This document shows, one piece after another, positions 1-8,655 of a stretch of DNA of 64,000 nt. Source of the DNA: Steroidobacteraceae bacterium (GTDB taxonomy: Bacteria; Pseudomonadota; Gammaproteobacteria; Steroidobacterales; Steroidobacteraceae); NCBI GenBank assembly GCA_036270915.1, contig DATBBQ010000077.1, positions 30,881-94,880 of the forward strand, written 5' to 3'. Made by a program: the position numbers and the translations under genes. Under the pieces are notes generated by a model. That model did not search any database, was not told the DNA's origin, and saw nothing but the letters and a program-made list of their open reading frames with translations. Within the stretch, counting starts at the first letter, position 1. Each line of letters begins with the position of its first letter.

Positions 1-411
1 TATACCGATGAGCAGTTCAATGCCCTGGGCATGCAGGCGCGGGCCCGCTTCGTCCTCGTGCGCCCTAACGGCGCCCTGCCCATCACCGCCCTCTCGCTCG
101 CCTCCTGGTGCGCGGTCTACTGTGTCGCGGCACCGGATCTCACCCCGGAGCGCCCGGACAGCGCGACGCTGCGTCTGTATGCGCACAGCTTCGGCGGCAT
201 GTACCTCGATGCGGGGAACCACGACATGCGCGAGCCGTACCACTACGGTCACCACACCTGGCAGCCCATTCCGGGCGACATGGCGATCTTTCCCGCCTGG
301 TTGCCGCATGAAGTCGCCACGAATCGCGGAGATCGCGACTTAATGCTCGTCATAGCCCGGGTCCGCTTCGCCGACCCGGCGGCCTTCGGTGACCTGATGC
401 CGCCATGGTGA
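1..411 (+). CDS. 2OG-Fe(II) oxygenase-like protein, PF13759/TIGR02466 family; 5' end cut by the window edge; HxH motif substituted
   Basis: The frame is open from base 1 (no stop in 1-30). The visible part aligns without gaps to the downstream paralog (LASWCAVYCV vs LASWSAVYCV; FPAWLPHEV vs FPSYLFHEV). Stop at 409-411. Confidence 0.6.
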   Translation, partial: YTDEQFNALGMQARARFVLVRPNGALPITALSLASWCAVYCVAAPDLTPERPDSATLRLYAHSFGGMYLDAGNHDMREPYHYGHHTWQPIPGDMAIFPAWLPHEVATNRGDRDLMLVIARVRFADPAAFGDLMPPW

Positions 412-1067
412 CCCCCCCTGCGATACCCGTCCGCCTCAGTTCCGGGTTTGCCACTCCGTTCGGAGAGACCTGGCTGCCCGCCCCTGAGCGGCTCAACCGC
501 GAGCTCGAGGCGCTGTTCCTCGCCCGCGAGAGCGAGGAGTACCGCAATCCCTCCCCGACGCACATTCCGCAGCGGGAGACCTTCGAGAGCCGCTTCAACC
601 TGTTCCTGTGGCCGGAAGCGTGTGTGCAGGAGCTGCGCGCATTCATGCTCAGCTGCGTGGTGGAGACCGTCGCGCAGGCCTCGGAGCTGGAGCCGGCGGA
701 AATGGCGCGCCTGCAGATTCACAATCACACGTGGTTTCACGTCAGCCGCTACGCCGGCTCCTTTGTCGCCCACAATCATCCACTTGCGTCATGGTCGGCC
801 GTGTACTGCGTACGCGCCGGCGAGCGCGCCGAGGCGCATCCGGGGAGCGGCGTGCTGCGCCTGATCGACCCCCGCCACGGCGCGGGCGCCTACCTCGACG
901 TCGCAAACCGCAGGCTGCGGCCGGGGTTTGCGCTGCAAGCGCGCGAGGTGCGCCTCGAGGCCGGGCAGCTGATCGTCTTTCCTTCTTATCTCTTCCATGA
1001 GGTCGCGCCGTTCTACGGTCACGACACTCGCATCACCGTCGCCACCAACTGCTGGTTCACGGGTTAG
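405..1067 (+). CDS. putative 2OG-Fe(II) oxygenase, PF13759/TIGR02466 family
   Basis: 220-aa ORF with HNHP..SAVYCV and FPSYLFHEV motifs typical of this family. The ATG at 405 overlaps the end of the upstream paralog by 7 nt (ccATGGTGA). Confidence 0.7.
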   Translation: MVTPPAIPVRLSSGFATPFGETWLPAPERLNRELEALFLARESEEYRNPSPTHIPQRETFESRFNLFLWPEACVQELRAFMLSCVVETVAQASELEPAEMARLQIHNHTWFHVSRYAGSFVAHNHPLASWSAVYCVRAGERAEAHPGSGVLRLIDPRHGAGAYLDVANRRLRPGFALQAREVRLEAGQLIVFPSYLFHEVAPFYGHDTRITVATNCWFTG

Positions 1068-1397
1068 CCGGCGAAACCAGAGTCTGTCTCGAAGGGTCCG
1101 ATTCGCTCCCAAACTGTGGTGCCAATGCCGCGCCCACCCTTCACTGCCCGGCTTGCGTTGCCGCTCCACCCGTTGTAGCGAAACCGCAACGGACACTTTC
1201 GGCCACTCTTCGGCCTGCGCAAAGGCCCGAACGGCACGAGCGAGTGCCGGGATGCGGGTTGGCAACATGGGAACAGCGTGATCTAATGCGCCCCCATGTC
1301 CCCGGGGGTCCCGAGGGAGGGCATTTGCGCAACGGATCGCGCGAGCGCTCGGGGCTGGTCATACACAAATCGCGAATTCATCTCAGAGGAATTACAC

Positions 1398-4300
1398 ATG
1401 GCGAAAAGTCGCAACTTGCAACAGGCGGTGCGCTTCGCGCTGGCGACGGCGACGGCCGCGGCAGCGGGCGTGAGCGTGCTGCATGCCCAGGAGGCGCCGG
1501 CACCGACTGGCGCAGCCCCGGCACCCGTGGAAGAGGTCGTGGTCACGGGCTCGCGTCTGTCGACTCCCAACGAGACCTCGATCAGCCCGATCACCACGGT
1601 CTCCGCGACCGATGTGCAGCAAACCGGTCTGACGCGTGTCGAGGACGTGCTCAACAACCTGCCCTCGGTGTTCGCGGGCATGAATTCGACCACCTCCAAC
1701 GGCGCGGACGGCACGGCGGTCGTTGACCTGCGTGGCCTGGGTGCGCAGCGCACGCTGGTCCTCGTCAACGGCAAGCGCCTGGGCCCGGGCTCCTCGCAGG
1801 GCGGACGCAACTTTTCGGACATCAACCAGATTCCCGCCGCCCTCATCGAGCGCGTCGACGTGCTCACCGGCGGTGCCTCTGCGGTCTACGGCGCGGATGC
1901 CGTCGCGGGCGTGGTGAACTTCATCCTCAACACGCACTTCCAGGGCGTGCAGGTGACGGCCGGCTACCACTTCAACCAGCACCACAACGGTAACCAGGAC
2001 GGCGTCGACGACGTCGTCACTGCCTCAGGTTTCCCGCTGCCCGATAGCAGCGTCAACACGGCCTTCGGCAAGACCGCCTCGATCATCATGGGTTCGAACT
2101 TTGCCGACGACAAAGGCAACGCGACGGCCTACATCACCTACGACAACCAGGGCGCGGCGACGCAGGCCCACTTCGACTACAGCGCCTGCTCTCTGGGCCC
2201 GAACAAGGCCCTCACCGCGCTCAAGTGCGCCGGCTCGGGCACCTCGGCCAAGGATGGCGCCGGCGGATATTTCCAGGCTTATCCTGCGGGCGGAGGAGCG
2301 GCGCTCTTCACCAATACCGTGGACGGCACGACGGGCCAGATGCGGCCTTTCAACTTCGGGCCGGGCGCGAGCGACCTGTACAACTTCGGCCCGCTGAACT
2401 TCTACCAGACGCCGAACGAGCGCTGGACGGCCGGCGCGTTCGTCAACTACGACGTCAATTCGCATGTGAACGTCTACTCGGAAGTGATGTTCATGCGTAA
2501 TTCGTCGGCGGCGCAGATCGCGCCCAGCGGCGACTTCTTCAACGCCTCGTTCGTTCCCTGCGCCAGCCCGCTGCTGACCGCGCAGGAATCGGCGGCAATC
2601 TGCGGGCCGGGCAACGCTAACGTTACGGCGAACGGCGGCGCGTACGAGACCTACAACGGCGTGAACTACCCCGGTGTCAACATGTACATCGGGCGACGCA
2701 ACGTCGAGGGTGGCAATCGCGTCGCGACCTTCGTCACCAACTCGAACCGCGAGGTCTTGGGCGTCAAGGGTGACTTCGCCGACTCGGTGTGGACGTACGA
2801 CGTCTACGCGCAGCACGGTGGGGTGGACAACAACAACGGCAACCAGAACTACCTCAACAACACCGCCATCGAGGAATCCCTGAACGTGCTGCCGGGACCG
2901 GGTGGACAACCGGTCTGCGGTGGCCCGACGAATCCGCTCGGCGCAGGTCCCCTGGTAACTCCCGGCACGGCCTTCTCCCCCGATGGAGCCTGCGTGCCGT
3001 GGAACATCTGGAAGCCGAACGGGGTGACCCCCGCTCAGACCGCCTTCCTCTCGGTTCCGCTGATCGTCGTCGGTTCGGTTACCGAGTACGTGGCGAACGG
3101 CTCAGTCACCGGCGACCTCGGCAAGTACGGCGTGAAGCTGCCGACGGCCGACCAGGGCCTGCAGCTGAACGTCGGCATCGAGTGGCGTGAGGAGGAGTCG
3201 AACTTCCTGCCGGACTTCCTCTCGCAGCAGGGCTCAGCAGCCGGCAGCGGCGGAGCGACCTTGCCGGTCTCCGGCGCCTTCACCGTGCGCGAGGCGTTCA
3301 CGGAGATGCGCCTGCCGCTCGCCAGCCATGCGCCGTTCGCGGAGGATCTCGCGCTCGAAGGCGGGTACCGCTACTCCAAGTACAGCCTGGGCTTCGACAC
3401 CAACACCTACAAGCTGGGTCTGGAGTGGGCGCCGGTGCGTGATCTGCGCCTGCGCGGCAGCTTCCAGCGAGCCGTGCGTGCGCCGAACATCGGCGAGCTC
3501 TTCACGGCGCAGGCGGTGGGCCTGGACGGTTCGCACGATCCGTGCGCCGCCGGTCTCGCAGCGGGGTCGACGTCGGTGCTGACAAACGGTGTGACGGCGG
3601 CGCAGTGCGCGCTCACGGGCGTGACGCCCGCGCAGTTCGGCCACATCGCCCCGAACCCGGCCTTCCAGTACAACGGCCGCTTCAACGGCAACGCGAGCCT
3701 CGTTCCGGAAACGGCCGACACCTACACGGTCGGCCTGCTGTTGCATCCGTCGTTCGCCCCCAACCTGACCGTGTCGGTCGATTATTACAACATCAAGATC
3801 ACGAACCGGATCGGACCGGTGGGCGGCGATGCCATCCTGAACCAGTGCATCTCGACCGGCGCGGACTGCGCGGCAATCCAGCGCGACGCCAACGGCTCGC
3901 TGTGGAGAAGCTCCAACGGGTTCGTCGACGATCCGAACGTGAATCAGGGCTCGCTGAAGACCGCGGGCGTGGACGCGAAGGCCAGCTACCGCCTCGGTAT
4001 GGGCGGCGCGGGCTCGATGCTGTTCTCGCTCGAGGGCACGTACCTGGAGAACCTGATCACGCAGCCGATCGCCGGCGGTGGCTCTTACGACTGTAAGGGA
4101 CTGTTTGGCGCGACCTGCGGCGGCGGCAATCCCAGCTGGCGTCACGTGTTCAACACGACCTGGTCGACGCCCTGGGCCGGGCTTGATCTGACGTTCCGCT
4201 GGCGTCATTTCGGCGCGGTCAGCTCCGAATCGGCGACCACCAATCCGTTCCTGCAGAAGAGCGCCTACCCGCCGTTGTCGAACATTGCGGCTTACGACTG

Positions 4301-4511
4301 GTTCGACCTGTCGGGATCGTTCAATGTCACCAAGGGCATCAGGCTGCAGCTCGGTATCAACAACATCCTCGACAAGGCTCCGCCGCTTGTCACCGGGGTC
4401 GACTGCTCCACCAGCAGCCCGGCCGGCGCGAACTGCAACGGCAACACCTTCCCGGGTGTCTACGACGCGATGGGTCGCTACGTGTTCATGACCCTCACGG
4501 CGCAGTTCTAA
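1398..4511 (+). CDS. TonB-dependent outer-membrane receptor (about 1037 aa)
   Basis: ATG 1398 is preceded by AGAGGA (1385-1390). Signal peptide ends ..VSVLHAQE. Plug region reads EEVVVTGSRL...TGLTRVEDVLNNLPSV...RVDVLTGGASAVYGADAVAGVVNFI. The C-terminal barrel ends in ..LTAQF. About 14 Cys occur in apparent pairs. Confidence 0.9.
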   Translation: MAKSRNLQQAVRFALATATAAAAGVSVLHAQEAPAPTGAAPAPVEEVVVTGSRLSTPNETSISPITTVSATDVQQTGLTRVEDVLNNLPSVFAGMNSTTSNGADGTAVVDLRGLGAQRTLVLVNGKRLGPGSSQGGRNFSDINQIPAALIERVDVLTGGASAVYGADAVAGVVNFILNTHFQGVQVTAGYHFNQHHNGNQDGVDDVVTASGFPLPDSSVNTAFGKTASIIMGSNFADDKGNATAYITYDNQGAATQAHFDYSACSLGPNKALTALKCAGSGTSAKDGAGGYFQAYPAGGGAALFTNTVDGTTGQMRPFNFGPGASDLYNFGPLNFYQTPNERWTAGAFVNYDVNSHVNVYSEVMFMRNSSAAQIAPSGDFFNASFVPCASPLLTAQESAAICGPGNANVTANGGAYETYNGVNYPGVNMYIGRRNVEGGNRVATFVTNSNREVLGVKGDFADSVWTYDVYAQHGGVDNNNGNQNYLNNTAIEESLNVLPGPGGQPVCGGPTNPLGAGPLVTPGTAFSPDGACVPWNIWKPNGVTPAQTAFLSVPLIVVGSVTEYVANGSVTGDLGKYGVKLPTADQGLQLNVGIEWREEESNFLPDFLSQQGSAAGSGGATLPVSGAFTVREAFTEMRLPLASHAPFAEDLALEGGYRYSKYSLGFDTNTYKLGLEWAPVRDLRLRGSFQRAVRAPNIGELFTAQAVGLDGSHDPCAAGLAAGSTSVLTNGVTAAQCALTGVTPAQFGHIAPNPAFQYNGRFNGNASLVPETADTYTVGLLLHPSFAPNLTVSVDYYNIKITNRIGPVGGDAILNQCISTGADCAAIQRDANGSLWRSSNGFVDDPNVNQGSLKTAGVDAKASYRLGMGGAGSMLFSLEGTYLENLITQPIAGGGSYDCKGLFGATCGGGNPSWRHVFNTTWSTPWAGLDLTFRWRHFGAVSSESATTNPFLQKSAYPPLSNIAAYDWFDLSGSFNVTKGIRLQLGINNILDKAPPLVTGVDCSTSSPAGANCNGNTFPGVYDAMGRYVFMTLTAQF

Positions 4512-4533
4512 GCGGAAGTTCGTTGACTTGAAG

Positions 4534-4565
4534 GCGGCGGGCCGAAAGGTCCGCCGCTTTTTTTT
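4534..4565 (+). terminator. Rho-independent terminator after the receptor gene
   Basis: GC-rich stem 4534-4543 / 4548-4557 (one G:T pair), GAAA loop, then a run of 8 T (4558-4565). Confidence 0.75.
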
Positions 4566-4577
4566 GCCCGCCCGCCT

Positions 4578-5180
4578 TTAGTGCACGCGGCGAACGCGGT
4601 GGTCGCGCTTGCTGGGCGTGTGCATGATGAACGACCCGAGCGTCCCGCGCGTTATCGTCACCGTGTCACCGACAGCCAGGAGCGGGTCGCCCTGATCGAG
4701 CTCCCACACCGCGCCGCCTTCCAGCAAGACGGTCACGCGGCCGCTGGCGCTGCTGCCGAGCCCGGCGACACGAGCCTGGAGCGAGGCGTCGGCCGCGGCC
4801 GGCGCGGGCTTGGGGTGCTCGGCGGCATAATTTCCGAAGGACTGCGCCGCCGAGGGTGCCGGGGCTGTCGCGGCCGCAGCGGATACCGACGCCGTCGCGG
4901 CGGCTGCGGGCGAAGTAGCGGGGGCCGGGGGCGGTGCAGCGGTGGCGCCCGTCGCGGGTGCGGCGGCCTTCGCGGACGGTGCGGCCGCGACCGGTCCGCT
5001 GCGACCGGCTAGGCGGTCATAGCAGGCGAGCCGCTCGGCATCGCCCGCGATAGCGACGCAGGCCTGCAGGGCGCTCTGGGCCGGCGGGCTCGCGGGCGGC
5101 GCCGCAGGGGCCAGGAGCGCCGTCAGCGCGAGGGGTGCCAGCAACGCGGGGGCGAATGGCCTCTGCCGCGCCCGCCTCAC
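4578..5180 (-). CDS. hypothetical secreted protein: signal peptide, LQACVAIAGDAERLACYDRL motif, Ala/Pro-rich linker, small C-terminal domain
   Basis: An in-frame GTG at 5180 forms a GTGA overlap with the stop of the upstream hydroxylase gene. The N-terminus RRARQRPFAPALLAPLALTALLAPAA is signal-peptide-like. The longer 359-aa ORF would overlap the hydroxylase gene. Confidence 0.55.
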   Translation of the reverse strand: MRRARQRPFAPALLAPLALTALLAPAAPPASPPAQSALQACVAIAGDAERLACYDRLAGRSGPVAAAPSAKAAAPATGATAAPPPAPATSPAAAATASVSAAAATAPAPSAAQSFGNYAAEHPKPAPAAADASLQARVAGLGSSASGRVTVLLEGGAVWELDQGDPLLAVGDTVTITRGTLGSFIMHTPSKRDHRVRRVH

Positions 5181-6496
5181 AGCCCGTCCTGCGTACCCGA
5201 GCCGTAGTAGGTGCCGACCACCTCGCTCGCGGCGCGGATCAGGTCGCGTTCCGCGGGCGTGAGGAACGGATTCCAGATATCGAAGATCAGAACCGCGCGC
5301 GGCACGTCCGAGAGGTTCCATGCCTCGTGCTCGATCGTGTCGTCGAACACCCAGGCGTTGCCCGCAACCCATTCGCGTGTCTCGCTGCCGACGCGAAAGC
5401 CGCAGTCCGGGGGCACGATGAGTGGCAGGTGCACCGTCAGGCGCGTGTTGGTGACGCCGGTGTGCGGCGGGATGCGCGTGCCGGGCTCGAGTATCGAGAA
5501 GAACGCGGTCGGGCCGCGCGCCGCCACGTCGCACTGCGGCGCCGCCTTGAGCACCTCGGCGGTGCGCGGACAGCGCGCCAGATGCGCCGGCTGTGGCACC
5601 GACTGATTCCACAGAAAGTACGCGCTCCAGCGACGTGACTTGTTGAGCTCCCGCCACTGATTGAGCGGCACCCCCTCGGGGTAGGCGATGTAGGGCTCGA
5701 GCCCCTCGCGATCAGAGACCAACACGGTCATGAGCTCCGCGCGGATCTCCTCGGTCGCGGCCTCGATCGCATCCAGCCACGGGAAGTCAGCGCGCTCGAA
5801 GAACTCGACGGCCGGGATCTCCGGGAAATACATGAAGGTGGGCTCGGGAGTGAAGCGCGTGCGCCGGCCCGTCAGCAGATCGATGCAGTGCTCGACCCGG
5901 CGGTATGCGCCGCCGCCATGCTGCTCGCGTATCGGTGCGAGGCGCTCCGCGATCGCCCCTGCGAGCGCCGCGTCGTCCGTGGAGATCACGGTGCGCGCGT
6001 GCTCGATCAGCGCCGCGACGCTCTCGGGCGCGGCCCGGCCGGCGGGCAGCGTGGCGAGGGCGTTGCGATAGGCGCGCGCGGCGTTACGGGCATCACCCAT
6101 CCGCTCCAGAACCTGGCCCTTCTGCAGCAGTGCCGAGAGGTGCCGCGGCTCGAGCGCCAGCGCCCGCTCGATCGCGTCGAGCTCGTCGTTCAGCAGATTC
6201 AGCTCGTGCAGGCTCTGGGCGAGATTCGACCACAGGCTCGGATGGCCCGGATCGGCCTGGGTCGCGCGCTGGAACAGCTCGCGCGCGCGGGTGGCGTCGC
6301 CCCGCTGCAGCATCCGCAGGCCCAGCTCATTCAGCACGGCCGGATGGGCGGGCGCGAGCTGCGCCACGCGCGCGAGCAGCTGATCGGCCTCGGCGGCACG
6401 GCCGGCGGCGCCCGCAGCCTTGGACGCCTGAATCAACCGCAGCACGGTGGCGTTGTCCGGGGCCGGGCTTCCGGCCGGGGCATTGACCTCGCTCAA
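5177..6496 (-). CDS. TPR-repeat protein fused to an aspartyl/asparaginyl beta-hydroxylase domain
   Basis: N-terminal TPR-like repeats (..WSNLAQSLHELNLLNDELDAIERALALEP..). The C-terminal half reads IPPHTGVTNTRLTVHLPLIVP..CGFRVGSETREWVAGNAWVFDDTIEHEAWN, typical of PF05118. Confidence 0.85.
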   Translation of the reverse strand: MSEVNAPAGSPAPDNATVLRLIQASKAAGAAGRAAEADQLLARVAQLAPAHPAVLNELGLRMLQRGDATRARELFQRATQADPGHPSLWSNLAQSLHELNLLNDELDAIERALALEPRHLSALLQKGQVLERMGDARNAARAYRNALATLPAGRAAPESVAALIEHARTVISTDDAALAGAIAERLAPIREQHGGGAYRRVEHCIDLLTGRRTRFTPEPTFMYFPEIPAVEFFERADFPWLDAIEAATEEIRAELMTVLVSDREGLEPYIAYPEGVPLNQWRELNKSRRWSAYFLWNQSVPQPAHLARCPRTAEVLKAAPQCDVAARGPTAFFSILEPGTRIPPHTGVTNTRLTVHLPLIVPPDCGFRVGSETREWVAGNAWVFDDTIEHEAWNLSDVPRAVLIFDIWNPFLTPAERDLIRAASEVVGTYYGSGTQDGL

Positions 6497-6545
6497 AGCC
6501 TTCCCCTAGGGTGTGTGGTCTCGCGCTGAGATTCTAGCGCAGCCC

Positions 6546-8570
6546 ATGCACCCGGAGGACGTGTTGACCGCTGCAAGCGAAGTGGATTTCCGGCTGATCC
6601 GCGTCGCCGCGATGCTCGAGAGCAACCCGCTCGCCGCCGCGCGCGAAGCCGCGCAGATCGTGCGCAGCCATCCCGGCCATGCCGCAGCCCTGCTGCTGCT
6701 GGGCAACGCACACCGCGCCAGCGGCAATACGCAGGCGGCGGCCGCCGAATTCACCGAACTCGCCGCAGCCCATCCCGACTCCGCGCCGGTGCAGCTGGAA
6801 CTCGGGCGCACGCTCGCCGCCCAGGGCGAGGCCGAGCCCGCGATCGCCGCGCTCTGCGAGGCGATCCGGCTGCAGCCCGATCTCGCCGAGGCGTGGGCGG
6901 AACTGGCCGCGCTCTACGCCGCCCGCGGCGACCCGAAGGCCTGTGATGAGGCGTACGCCAACTTCGCGCGCCTCGCGCCCCCGGAGCGGCACCTCGCCGA
7001 GGCGGCCGCGGCGCTCGCGGCACGGCGCCTCACGAGCGCAGAGTCGCGGCTGCGCGAGCGCCTGGCGCGGGCTCCGCGCGACGTGGGGGCGATGCGCCTG
7101 CTGGCCGAGGTCGCGGCGGAGCGTGAAGACTACGTGGAGGCCGAGCGGCTGCTCGGTGAGTGTCTGACGCTCGCGCCCGGCTACGGTGTCGCGCGCCTTT
7201 CTCTCGCGCGCATTCTGCACAGTCAGCAGAAGGCGGCGCCGATGCTGCCGCTGCTGGAGCGGCTGCTCGCGCTCGAGCCGGACAATTTCAAGTTCCGCAC
7301 GCTGCAGGCTTCGGCCTACAACCTGCTCGGGCAGAACGAGCGCGCGCGGCAGATCCACGAGCAGATGCTCGGCGAGTTCCCCGAGAGCGAGCTGCTGTGG
7401 CTGTACTACGGACACACCCTGCGTCTCGCCGGCCGGCTCACGGAGGCGGTCGCCGCCTATCGCAAGAGCGCGCAGCTGAAACCTCAGTTCGGGGAAGCCT
7501 GGTTCAGCCTGGCGAATCTGAAGACCGTGCGCTTCAGCGACGAGGACATCCAGACGATGCAGGGACAGGCAGCGCGCGCGGAGCTGGACGACAACGCCCG
7601 CCTGCACTTCGAGTTCGCGCTCGGCAAGGCATACGAGGATCAGCGGGTGTTCGCCGCCTCCTTCGAGCACTATGCGCGCGGCAACGCCCTGCGGCGTGCC
7701 ATGGTGAACTACGAGGCCGACAGCTCGACTCGCTTCGTGGAACGCGCGCGTGCGCTGTACACCCCGGAGTTCTTCGCGGCGCGGGCCGGTAGCGGCAACC
7801 CCGCGCCGGATCCGATCTTCATCGTCGGACTGCCGCGCTCCGGCTCGACGCTTCTTGAGCAGATTCTCGCCAGCCATTCGCAGGTGGAAGGCACGCGCGA
7901 GCTTCCCGACATCCCGGGCTTCGCGCTCGAACTCGGCGCGCTCGAGCAACCCGGCAGGCCCCAGGCCTACCCCGCATCGATCGCGCGCCTCGAGCGCGCG
8001 CAGTTGACCGCCCTCGGTGATCGCTATCTTGAGCAGATCCGTTCGCACCGGGTACTCGGCCGGCCACGCTTTGTGGACAAGATGCCGAGCAACTTCAGTC
8101 ACGTCGGTCTCATCCACCTGTTGCTGCCGAACGCGAAGATCATCGATGCGCGCCGTGCACCGCTCGCCTGCTGCTTCGCCAATTTCAAGCAGCATTTTCA
8201 GTCCGGCGCCTGGTTTACTTACGACCTCGCGGATCTCGGCCGCTATTACCGCGACTATGTGCAGCTGATGAGGCACTTCGACGCCGTGCTGCCGGGGCGC
8301 GTCCATCGCGTGCAATACGAGGACCTGGTCACGGATCTGGACGGTGAGGTCCGGCGACTGCTCGCCTACTGCGGTCTGCCGTTCGAGGAGCAATGCCTGC
8401 GCTTCTACGAGACCGAGCGCGTGGTGCAGACCGTGAGCTCCGACCAGGTCCGCAAGCCCCTGTACGCCGACGCGGTCGAACAGTGGCGCAACTACGAGCC
8501 CTGGCTCGGCCCGCTCAAGGAGGCGCTCGGTGAGCTGGTGGGTCCGGAGCAAGAACCCGATCCGACCTAG
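6546..8570 (+). CDS. TPR-repeat protein fused to a sulfotransferase domain
   Basis: Multiple TPR-like repeats are followed by IFIVGLPRSGSTLLEQILASH (5'-PSB-type motif) and a sulfotransferase-like C-terminus. ATG 6546 is chosen; an in-frame GTG at 6513 is an alternative start. Confidence 0.85.
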   Translation: MHPEDVLTAASEVDFRLIRVAAMLESNPLAAAREAAQIVRSHPGHAAALLLLGNAHRASGNTQAAAAEFTELAAAHPDSAPVQLELGRTLAAQGEAEPAIAALCEAIRLQPDLAEAWAELAALYAARGDPKACDEAYANFARLAPPERHLAEAAAALAARRLTSAESRLRERLARAPRDVGAMRLLAEVAAEREDYVEAERLLGECLTLAPGYGVARLSLARILHSQQKAAPMLPLLERLLALEPDNFKFRTLQASAYNLLGQNERARQIHEQMLGEFPESELLWLYYGHTLRLAGRLTEAVAAYRKSAQLKPQFGEAWFSLANLKTVRFSDEDIQTMQGQAARAELDDNARLHFEFALGKAYEDQRVFAASFEHYARGNALRRAMVNYEADSSTRFVERARALYTPEFFAARAGSGNPAPDPIFIVGLPRSGSTLLEQILASHSQVEGTRELPDIPGFALELGALEQPGRPQAYPASIARLERAQLTALGDRYLEQIRSHRVLGRPRFVDKMPSNFSHVGLIHLLLPNAKIIDARRAPLACCFANFKQHFQSGAWFTYDLADLGRYYRDYVQLMRHFDAVLPGRVHRVQYEDLVTDLDGEVRRLLAYCGLPFEEQCLRFYETERVVQTVSSDQVRKPLYADAVEQWRNYEPWLGPLKEALGELVGPEQEPDPT

Positions 8571-8602
8571 CCTGCCCCCGGCGCTGTAGTGCGCGGCCAA
8601 GC

Positions 8603-8631
8603 ACCTCGGCGCTGTTCAGACGCGCCGAGGT
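8603..8631. terminator. hairpin between convergent genes (terminator-like, no U-run)
   Basis: 10-bp perfect stem 8603-8612 / 8622-8631 with a 9-nt loop, between the sulfotransferase stop (8570) and the thioredoxin-like stop (8656). Confidence 0.35.
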
Positions 8632-8655
8632 CGGCGCGCCGGGCGCCGGAAGATG

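Noticed and set aside
1068-1397. 330-nt leader before the TonB-dependent receptor, examined for a cobalamin/TPP riboswitch or a Fur box
   Set aside because: I could not find a B12 box (GCCACTG-like core), a TPP CUGAGA core or an A/T-rich Fur palindrome. Only short generic GC hairpins are present. An Rfam scan would be needed to exclude other elements.
6534-8600. 688-aa ORF antisense to the TPR-sulfotransferase gene
   Set aside because: Arg/Ala/Gly-rich with no recognisable motifs. This is the typical stop-free antisense frame of a high-GC gene. The plus-strand product has clear TPR and PRSGST sulfotransferase motifs.
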